Below are positions 37,346 to 44,652 of a DNA stretch of 47,948 bases, in pieces; position 1 is the stretch's first letter, and each line of letters starts with the position of its first letter. Both the position numbers and the translations under genes were made by a program. The notes beneath the pieces are model-generated. The model was not told where the DNA came from. It saw nothing but the letters and a program-made list of their open reading frames with translations, and ran no database searches. The stretch is from an uncultured Eubacteriales bacterium (lineage in GTDB: Bacteria; Bacillota; Clostridia; Christensenellales; CAG-138). Location: the NCBI GenBank assembly GCA_902794055.1, contig CADBGC010000001.1:1-47948 (forward strand), in the 5' to 3' direction.

Positions 37346-37642
37346 TTATTCGCCGCTGTCAAATTCGATTCGCTTATCCCGCTTGCGGTCATACTTCTTC
37401 TTATCCGGTGCAACGCGCGTAACGGGGCTCATTCCCTCCCAAGTGCTGCGCTTTTCGCCGTCGCGCTCCTTCCGCTTCTTCTTTGAAAGCTTGGTATAGG
37501 GAATGAACTTCGCCTTCTTAATTTCCCGAATTATTGCCGTTCTTCGCCATGGCTCAATTCTCCTTTCCGCCCCGTTTTTTCGAGTAAACGAGGCTGTTCG
37601 CAACCGCTTGAAGCTTTTTCTTAGGCACTTCATCATACTCAT
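37346..37642 (-). CDS. small highly basic protein, start unresolved (possible frameshift)
   Basis: The 98-aa ORF overlaps the 3' end of the M48 gene by 89 nt. A well-placed AAGGAGA-8 nt-ATG (37550) is in a different frame and stops after 10 codons. The Lys/Arg-rich tail FIPYTKLSKKKRKERDGEKRSTWEGMSPVTR resembles small clostridial proteins I have seen. Confidence 0.3.
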   Translation of the reverse strand: MSMMKCLRKSFKRLRTASFTRKNGAERRIEPWRRTAIIREIKKAKFIPYTKLSKKKRKERDGEKRSTWEGMSPVTRVAPDKKKYDRKRDKRIEFDSGE

Positions 37643-39887
37643 GCAGAGAGTACTGCCGCTTGCTTGCGGTGTGCAGATAGTTGAATATTTTATGCATTAT
37701 CTCGGCTTTTTCCGTGTTGCCGCAGTCGATCGAGAAGCGCACGATCACCGCGCTTGCCGCCGTTTGCTCCGAAATTTTGTGGCGAACGAGATAGATCTCG
37801 TCTATCATGCCGTTTTCAAAGCCCGCGATATGCTCGAGCATCGCCTCAAGCTCTCCTTCATCGAGCTTTTCCTCCAAAAGCACCGATTTTTTATCTATCG
37901 TGCCGATCTTTTCATATTCGGTAACATACTTTCGCACAAGCTCGGGCGCAGCCTTGCGGTATTTTTCAAGCTCCTCTTCGTTTCCGAGCCTGCAGCTGAG
38001 CGAGCCGATCAGATCGACCCCCTCCGCGAGATAGTTTTCGGTCTCGATCGCCTCATAGAGCAGCGGAAACGCGGCCTTATCGTATCGTTTTGCAAGCAAT
38101 CCGCCCTTGTACAAACAGGCATAAGCCCTGCCCGCCTCGGGGAGCTCGGCTATCGCCCTGTCCGCAAGCGCCTCGGCATCCGACACCCTGCCCATATCCA
38201 CGAGCGCGGAGATAACGTCCGCATATTCCTCGACCACGAGCGGCTTCCCAGCGTTTTCCCAAGCGGGAACGGTCTCAAGCGCGTTCTTTCGTGCCGTAAG
38301 GTAGGTCTCCTCAAGCTCCCTTGCAAATATCCCGTCCGCAAATTCAAGCGCTTTTTTCTTTTCCGCCGCAAACTCCGAATTATCCTCGCACGGAAGTGCT
38401 TTGGCATCCTCCGCGCCCATCGCCGCAAGCCTCATTTTAAGAGTGGGGTGCGAGGCGTTTCGCGCAAGTATCTCGAGCGGGATAAGGCGCATCCACTCGT
38501 CCTTTCTCTTCTCCACGCGCTCCAAAAGCTCCCTGTTTCTGCGCGTTGCAAGGTCATTTGGTACCTTCTCGCCGTCCAGCTCTGAAGGGGTGTCGTAGGA
38601 ATTGCTCTCGAACTCGAAATTGGAGTGAAACTCGGTTTTTATCAGCGCCGAAGCCGCAACGCGCTTATCGCAGCCGATCAGCATGGCGCGATCCGCCTTT
38701 TCCTCCTGCCGCACCGATTCGCCGAAGCGATGAAGCTCGGTCAAAAACGCGGCCTGAACATCCAAAAAGGAGAAGAAAAGCCTGTCAAGCACGGCTCCAA
38801 GCGGAAATATGGAGCGCCCAAGCATCTGCCAGCGGGCGTACCGCGTTATTTTGCTGCCCTTTTCGGACACAACATGCGAAAACTCATGGCGGAATATGGA
38901 AAGAAGCTCATCCTCGGAGAGCAGCGAAAGCAGCTGCACGCCCGTTTGAAGCGATATTTTGCCGTCCACATCGGCGATGCCTATGCTTCCGATATTCGGC
39001 AGTATCGCGATGCGGAAGCCGTCGGTGCAGCCCACCTGCTCCGCCGCGCGCTCCGCTATCGAATAGAGCACGGGAAACTCCGTTTTTTCAACATACAGAC
39101 CGCTGTCGTCCATGAAAGCGGCGGGCGTTTTCAGCCTTATCCTGTTCAAAGCGGCGCAGACGAGCAGAAGCGCATAAACGATGATGAACGCTGTAAGTAT
39201 CGGCGAAAGGCGGAGAAGCGAAGCGAAGAACGCGCAGCCCGTGCCTGAAAAGCCGAGCATAACCGCCGTTACACCTGCGTTCTGCCTGTTTACCGCAAGC
39301 TGCATTTCGGTCTTCTTCGCCGCTTCATCGGCAAGCTCGCGCTGCTGCAAAAAGGTGTTGAACATTTCCTCGCCCGGATAGTCGGAAAACATCGCGGAGA
39401 GCTTCGCCCTTGCGATCAGCCCGCATGTCGCGCAGAACGCCGGCATGGCGGCAAACAGGATGAACAAAAGGATATATACACTGCGGGGAAACAGAAGCCC
39501 CTTTTTTTCGAGAAGCAGCCCCAAAAGAAACGCGAGCAGCACGAGAGCCGCCGCGCAAACGAGCATCAGCACGCCGCGCCGCTTCAAAACGCGGATCTGC
39601 TTATCGCTCTCGTCCTCGGTGCTTCGCTCATTTTTCCTTATAAACACGACCAAAAGCATGATGATGAAGAATTCGAGCAGCACGCCGGCGGCAAAGAGCG
39701 TGCTCTGCCACAACGAGCTCCAATCCATGCGCAGCGACCTAACAACGGTGTGATGGCCGATGTCCTCATGCCAAACAACACTTCTCCATTCCACGCCCTT
39801 AACAGCGATCACGCCCGCGATAAGCAATGCAAAAAAGGCGAATAGAAGCGCGGTGATTATCAGAGCATTTTTCATTTTTCCGTTCAT
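37554..39887 (-). CDS. 6-TM membrane protein with an M48-type zinc metalloprotease domain and a ~300-aa helical C-terminal extension
   Basis: 777 aa. Six hydrophobic helices within aa 8-247. HEFSH (aa 334-338; nt 38874-38888) and a later SHPTLKMRLAAMG motif, as in HtpX/BepA-type M48 enzymes. The ATG overlaps the upstream stop (ATGA). Confidence 0.7.
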   Translation of the reverse strand: MNGKMKNALIITALLFAFFALLIAGVIAVKGVEWRSVVWHEDIGHHTVVRSLRMDWSSLWQSTLFAAGVLLEFFIIMLLVVFIRKNERSTEDESDKQIRVLKRRGVLMLVCAAALVLLAFLLGLLLEKKGLLFPRSVYILLFILFAAMPAFCATCGLIARAKLSAMFSDYPGEEMFNTFLQQRELADEAAKKTEMQLAVNRQNAGVTAVMLGFSGTGCAFFASLLRLSPILTAFIIVYALLLVCAALNRIRLKTPAAFMDDSGLYVEKTEFPVLYSIAERAAEQVGCTDGFRIAILPNIGSIGIADVDGKISLQTGVQLLSLLSEDELLSIFRHEFSHVVSEKGSKITRYARWQMLGRSIFPLGAVLDRLFFSFLDVQAAFLTELHRFGESVRQEEKADRAMLIGCDKRVAASALIKTEFHSNFEFESNSYDTPSELDGEKVPNDLATRRNRELLERVEKRKDEWMRLIPLEILARNASHPTLKMRLAAMGAEDAKALPCEDNSEFAAEKKKALEFADGIFARELEETYLTARKNALETVPAWENAGKPLVVEEYADVISALVDMGRVSDAEALADRAIAELPEAGRAYACLYKGGLLAKRYDKAAFPLLYEAIETENYLAEGVDLIGSLSCRLGNEEELEKYRKAAPELVRKYVTEYEKIGTIDKKSVLLEEKLDEGELEAMLEHIAGFENGMIDEIYLVRHKISEQTAASAVIVRFSIDCGNTEKAEIMHKIFNYLHTASKRQYSLHEYDEVPKKKLQAVANSLVYSKKRGGKEN

Positions 39888-40786
39888 TTACCGAACTCCT
39901 TTTCATGCGATTTGAAAAACTCATAGTATGTCCGAACGTTTTCAAGCTCCTGCCACGGGCGCACCTGCACGGGCTCCGAATCGAGATCATACACCCTTGC
40001 GCCCTCGAGCGCAAGCAGAAACGGCGAATGTGTGGCGATAACGAGCTGGCAGCCGCAGTATCTTGTTAGCTCGGTCAGGATATTGAACAGCTCGAGCTGC
40101 ATCCTGGGACTCATGCTGTTTTCGGGCTCGTCCAAAAGGTAGAGCGTATCGGGCCTGAGCTTTTCATCGAAATACGCGAGGGCGGTCTCGCCGTTGCTCA
40201 TAAGGCGCGTTTCCACGCCCGCGGTTTTATGGATGAACTGCCGCCGCGTTTTGCTCCTTGCAAGCACCTGAAGCCGCAGCTCCTCGTAGTCCTCGATACC
40301 CGAAAGCTTGACCGTGTCGCCGTATTTGCGCCGCGCCCATTCGCCGCGCCCCTGCTCGGTTTCCTCGGCGATGTCGGCGTTATTGTCCCTTGCGGCGAGC
40401 ATATAGTCGAAAACGTCGTCGCTTGTGATGATGCGGCTGCCGTTCGGGATGCGCAGTTTCACTCCCTCGTCATCCGTGCCGAGCTCATAGCGGCAGGCGT
40501 TTGCGTACATATCGAAAAGCTCGCTTGAATTGAACGGCGAAACGCGGTGCAGCTCGAGCTTCTTGGCGATAACGTTCAAAAGCGTACTCTTGCCCGAGCC
40601 GTTGCCGCCGTAGAAGATGGTTATGCGGTCGAATTGCACCGTTTTAAGCCCCTTATGTGGAAAAATCCCGCATGGATAGCCGTTTTCAAGGTAGCCGAAG
40701 CTCGGCCCGCCGTTGTACGCCATGCGTGCGCGGGCAAGGGAGTACTCGGTATCCTCGTTTGGAAGGGTGAAGGAGGTAAGGTACAT
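39884..40786 (-). CDS. ABC/SMC-like AAA_21-type ATPase (no fused effector domain)
   Basis: 300 aa from ATG 40786 (MYLTSFTLP). GGNGSGKSTLLN Walker A, MSNGETAL signature-like, LYLLDEPENSMSP Walker B/D-loop, and IATHSPF H-loop. The ORF-track N-terminal extension (to 40873) reads through repeat copy D. Confidence 0.75.
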   Translation of the reverse strand: MYLTSFTLPNEDTEYSLARARMAYNGGPSFGYLENGYPCGIFPHKGLKTVQFDRITIFYGGNGSGKSTLLNVIAKKLELHRVSPFNSSELFDMYANACRYELGTDDEGVKLRIPNGSRIITSDDVFDYMLAARDNNADIAEETEQGRGEWARRKYGDTVKLSGIEDYEELRLQVLARSKTRRQFIHKTAGVETRLMSNGETALAYFDEKLRPDTLYLLDEPENSMSPRMQLELFNILTELTRYCGCQLVIATHSPFLLALEGARVYDLDSEPVQVRPWQELENVRTYYEFFKSHEKEFGK

Positions 40787-40791
40787 AGTTT

Positions 40792-40838
40792 TAGTGAATA
40801 GTGTATAGTTATGGCCGAAACGCCTATGGCGTTTCGGC
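40792..40838 (-). repeat. composite intergenic repeat, copy D (inverted; heptads plus hairpin 2)
   Basis: The plus strand reads TAGTGAATAGTGTATAGT, then GCCGAAACGCC-TAT-GGCGTTTCGGC (40814-40838). This is the reverse complement of the hairpin 2 + ACTATTCACTA module. Confidence 0.7.
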
Positions 40839-40995
40839 TCTTCCCCGCATTTTGTGTAAACGCTGCACGGCATGAATATTTAAGTGGTTCGAGGTCGTGA
40901 TGGACACATCCGTCCATCACGGTCTTCACAGCACCTTAGCGTAAAGGCTATAGTTTGTCAATGGCGCAAAGCTTTCATTTTACCCTTGTAGATTG

Positions 40996-41247
40996 TTACC
41001 ACTTCAAGCCGTTCTGATGGCATGCCCTGGGCAACGTGGAGCGGAAGCCATAGATGCAGAAAGCTATAAAACGCTGACGTTTATGTCACTCCCGTTCCAG
41101 CATCGGCTCAGGATGCGAACCAAAACGCATTGGAGCGATTGAACTGCAAGATCAAACGCCGAACGAAGGTGTACGTAGCTTTCCCGATGTAGAGTCCGCG
41201 CCATGCTTATCTGCGCCGAGCTTCGTCATGTGGCTTCAAGCGCATAG
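40996..41247 (+). pseudogene. decayed 3' fragment of an IS256-family (Transposase_mut) transposase gene
   Basis: Three frames give LTFMSLPFQHRLRMRT / ALERLNCKIKRRTKV / SFPDVESA / MLICAELRHVASSA*. This matches the conserved C-terminal LTF..FP..HW..iRTtN.lERLNreIrRRt.VvgiFP...SalrL block only if at least 2 frameshifts are allowed. No N-terminal part is present. Confidence 0.6.
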
Positions 41248-41370
41248 CAAAACAAGCGCTTCGCGACTCTACTGCTGTTGGGCATACCGGCATCAAAATG
41301 ACAATGGCGATTATGCAGGAAAATGATTCTGCGCAAAAGTATTGGTCGGACCACTTCTTCTCCGCGTCAT

Positions 41371-42885
41371 CTATTCAGGCTTTTTATAAACATCAAACCA
41401 TTCAATACTGTCAATCTTGGTATAATTCCTAACGATGAACTCTATTAATTCATCATGGCTTTGAACTCCTCTATGGCCATTTCGTGAAACAAGATATAAG
41501 AATCTACCTTCACCGGCAAGCAACTCGTCCGGCGTGGCCGTCCCAAGATTTCCAATAAGCAACATATCCCAGCCTTTTTCATAATCGTTGAGTGGAATCT
41601 TTATTGCAGCAGCACTGCTATCAGCAATTCTTACATTGTATCCATCTAATTTTTCACGGATGATATAGTCGTCTATTGTCTTTATTGCAGATTCCATTCC
41701 CTCATCAATTGGAATCAGTTCATAGTTTGGCAAATCCGATAATTTGCAGTTATCCTTTTCCGGCAGTTGACTCACTATCGAGATCAATGCGGCTAGAAGC
41801 ACTACAAATACGGCTGTGTATTTTTTACCTTTTGAAACATTTGTGTTTGGATAAAACAATGCAATGGTTGGCATAAAAGGAATTATTGCATAAAACACAT
41901 GCTCCGCATCACATAATGGATACATTATCGAACAAAAAGCTAAGGCAAGCAGCAAACTTGTTAACTGCACGTTTGAAATGTCTTTCCCACGTTTAATTGT
42001 CTTAAATACAAGCAGAGCACAAATAACGAGCAAAATTGCAAAGAAAGCAAAAAACCCTGGCATTTTAGCGAGCAAGTCTAACGGGGTAAAGCGCTGCGTA
42101 AAAGTGCCAATTCCCTCGACTGTATACTCCCAAAAATAAGTAAATGTATTGTTTGCTATCGATATTAATACATATGCGATGCTTGGCAATATGCTCAAGG
42201 CAATCCTGATGATAACGCTTTTTCTAGATATGCGCCCAAGTATTGATAAAGCAATGCATAACCCGATGTTTGCTGCAAACAATGCTGTGCCAGTATTCTG
42301 TTTTATCAATGGTGCTATTCCGATTAGCAAGCCTTGTAATTGGTTAATAGTATTTCCGTTCTTCTGAGAAGCTGTTTTTATTTGTTCCAATCTTATTATA
42401 GACGCTATTATCAGCAAGCTCAGGCCGTTATAGTCATATCTGTAAAACACTGTTATCATGGTAAACGACAGCAGTAAAATGATGTATGCGGTAAAACGAT
42501 CCTGCTCGTTAGCCACAACTTTAAACAGCATACAAAGCAACGCAAACAGAAGAATAAACCCTGCAATTCTATAGCTGAACAAACCGCCGCCAAGTAGGGA
42601 TATGAATGCCGAAGAAATATATGCAGAAAGCGGCGTCTGAACCATATTAAAGTCCCTATATGGAGTCATTCCCAAACTGATGTTATGCGCGAAAGAGTAA
42701 TTCCATAACTCGTCTAAAGAATTCAACGGCCTGAAAAACACTACCGTGCAAAGCAAACAAATAACAATGTATGGAAATAAAGCTCGTGCTCTATTCATAT
42801 ACTGTCTACTATTCATTTTCTTCGGCTTCCCCATCTCTTGAAAAATAATAACTATGCCGCTCGATCCACGATGGCTTAATCTCAA
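41371..42885 (-). CDS. polytopic membrane protein, GT-C (PMT_2/ArnT-like) putative glycosyltransferase
   Basis: 504 aa, very AT-rich, ~11 TM helices. First-loop DELWNY motif resembles the DE motif of GT-C enzymes. C-terminal soluble domain. Start codon uncertain (M1/M18/M24/M30). Confidence 0.5.
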   Translation of the reverse strand: MRLSHRGSSGIVIIFQEMGKPKKMNSRQYMNRARALFPYIVICLLCTVVFFRPLNSLDELWNYSFAHNISLGMTPYRDFNMVQTPLSAYISSAFISLLGGGLFSYRIAGFILLFALLCMLFKVVANEQDRFTAYIILLLSFTMITVFYRYDYNGLSLLIIASIIRLEQIKTASQKNGNTINQLQGLLIGIAPLIKQNTGTALFAANIGLCIALSILGRISRKSVIIRIALSILPSIAYVLISIANNTFTYFWEYTVEGIGTFTQRFTPLDLLAKMPGFFAFFAILLVICALLVFKTIKRGKDISNVQLTSLLLALAFCSIMYPLCDAEHVFYAIIPFMPTIALFYPNTNVSKGKKYTAVFVVLLAALISIVSQLPEKDNCKLSDLPNYELIPIDEGMESAIKTIDDYIIREKLDGYNVRIADSSAAAIKIPLNDYEKGWDMLLIGNLGTATPDELLAGEGRFLYLVSRNGHRGVQSHDELIEFIVRNYTKIDSIEWFDVYKKPE

Positions 42886-43080
42886 ATATTGCCATGCAAT
42901 GTTATGTGAAAATCGTTCGATTTCTCAAATACATCCTTGAGGCAATTATGTTGCTGTTGAGCATTTCTAATTGTCAACATATCATTAATTGGCAAAACCC
43001 ATGTCGCACTTTCCAATCGATTATCTATTGATCGATCAGGCTTTCAAACCGAAAAATCGGCAGTTTTGCTTACGCTTCAA

Positions 43081-44652
43081 TCAACTTAATCTTTTGAAAT
43101 ATGCCATGTCTTCATCTTCATAGATCAATCTGTAGTTTTGGGGTTGGCTGCTTAAGTATGCAAACAATGGGCGCGTTTTCAGTGTAACGAATGCATCAAA
43201 ATCATATTTTGAGATAATGCTTTCGACGCTAAATTCATTTGTGTTTTCATCATGCATCGGGCTTAGGTAAGTCAAAGACATACCATCTCGCATAATGTTT
43301 TCGGCTGCAAACAAATCTGCCCTGGCATCGAAGAAGGTTTTTATATCATTAAAGATTAATGCCTCACCAAAATTATAGTCATTAAAGATCCGCATTGCAG
43401 CATCTGTCTTTATCACACTTATCGCTTCTTCGCTCAAAACTGTCTGGATCAGATTGCCATTCCGAATCTTTTTTGCAAATCGCACCGAACAGATCACCAA
43501 GAGAACTATTGCCGTGGCAATAGATAACCCTAATATTATTCTCTCCCATCGTCTCTTGATTTCTTTAATATCACATTTAGGAACATATTTAAAAGCGCAG
43601 AAAACCGATGCAATATACCACAGTATTATGAATCTTACGCTTCTCAAAAAGCAAAATACAAAGAACAGCATTATTACTATGTCGATCATATCTATCCTTT
43701 TCTCGGTTGATATGAAACCGACAAACATTAGAAGCATTGGAACAAAATAAAGGATAACTGCTCCAATATTTTTAGCATCAGGCGGCTGCCACTCGCTTAT
43801 CATCGCCATGCTGATCTTATCACTCAAGTTTTGGAACGGATACACAATAACCTTTGAGCCAATCGGATTAAGCAACAATGCCAATACGGCGAGCAAGGTT
43901 GTCAGACTTAACTCCAAAATATCCTTTTTAGAGTATTTGTTGTTTGATATTTTACCAGTTTTAACTTCGAACACTCCAGCTATCAAGAACAACGCACATA
44001 GCAAGTACGATAGACTGGATGATCCACCGTGCAAATTGCTCCATAGAACAGATAAAAACGGTATTATGAATATTCTTTTGTCGCGTTTTTGATGCCATGA
44101 AAACAACACCTTCAGTTCAGCAAACAATAGAAAAAAAGAGAAAACATGCGGTCTGCCGTAAAAAAACGAACAAAGAACTGGGCTTAGCAGGATAAAAAAC
44201 AACCCTGTAAGCGGAAGGTTTGTTTTGGAAAAATTTTTTGCCTCGTTCCACAAAAGACCGACAAGTAATATGGCTAACGCAAAAGAAAAAACGAAAATAC
44301 CGGTTTCCCCAAAAGCACTGTATAGATGATAGAAAAACACATCCGACAACCACTCATGCGCCGTCCAAGGGATGCCCTTTTCAATGCCAACCCATGAGAA
44401 CACATCATGTGTAGGTACACTATTCGTGCTCACAACATACTCGCCAACTTTTACGTGCCACCAGAAATCATTGCCGCTAATTCCATCGCCAAATAGATAA
44501 ACAACCATTGCTACAACGAGTATTGACAGCAACAAAACGAAAAGCTTTTGTGTTAAGCTGTATTGGCTGTTGTGCTGTTTGCTTTTAAACATCATTTCTT
44601 TCATTTTAGAACCACGACCTGCATTTGAACAGCCATTACTCCTCCTCACCAT
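43081..44652 (-). CDS. polytopic membrane protein, GT-C-like putative glycosyltransferase
   Basis: 523 aa, AT-rich. GNDFWWHVKVGEYV, HEWLSD, NLHGG and EWQPPD loop motifs, ~12 TM helices and a C-terminal soluble domain. ATG 44652 overlaps the kinase stop by 7 nt (alternative ATG 44604). Confidence 0.45.
   Translation of the reverse strand: MVRRSNGCSNAGRGSKMKEMMFKSKQHNSQYSLTQKLFVLLLSILVVAMVVYLFGDGISGNDFWWHVKVGEYVVSTNSVPTHDVFSWVGIEKGIPWTAHEWLSDVFFYHLYSAFGETGIFVFSFALAILLVGLLWNEAKNFSKTNLPLTGLFFILLSPVLCSFFYGRPHVFSFFLLFAELKVLFSWHQKRDKRIFIIPFLSVLWSNLHGGSSSLSYLLCALFLIAGVFEVKTGKISNNKYSKKDILELSLTTLLAVLALLLNPIGSKVIVYPFQNLSDKISMAMISEWQPPDAKNIGAVILYFVPMLLMFVGFISTEKRIDMIDIVIMLFFVFCFLRSVRFIILWYIASVFCAFKYVPKCDIKEIKRRWERIILGLSIATAIVLLVICSVRFAKKIRNGNLIQTVLSEEAISVIKTDAAMRIFNDYNFGEALIFNDIKTFFDARADLFAAENIMRDGMSLTYLSPMHDENTNEFSVESIISKYDFDAFVTLKTRPLFAYLSSQPQNYRLIYEDEDMAYFKRLS

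Noticed and set aside
40787-40873. 29-codon N-terminal extension of the ATPase ORF (MPCSVYTKCGEEPKRHRRFGHNYTLFTKT)
   Set aside because: This stretch is the inverted copy D of the intergenic repeat (heptads plus the AAACGCC hairpin). The conserved-looking protein starts at MYLTSFTLP.
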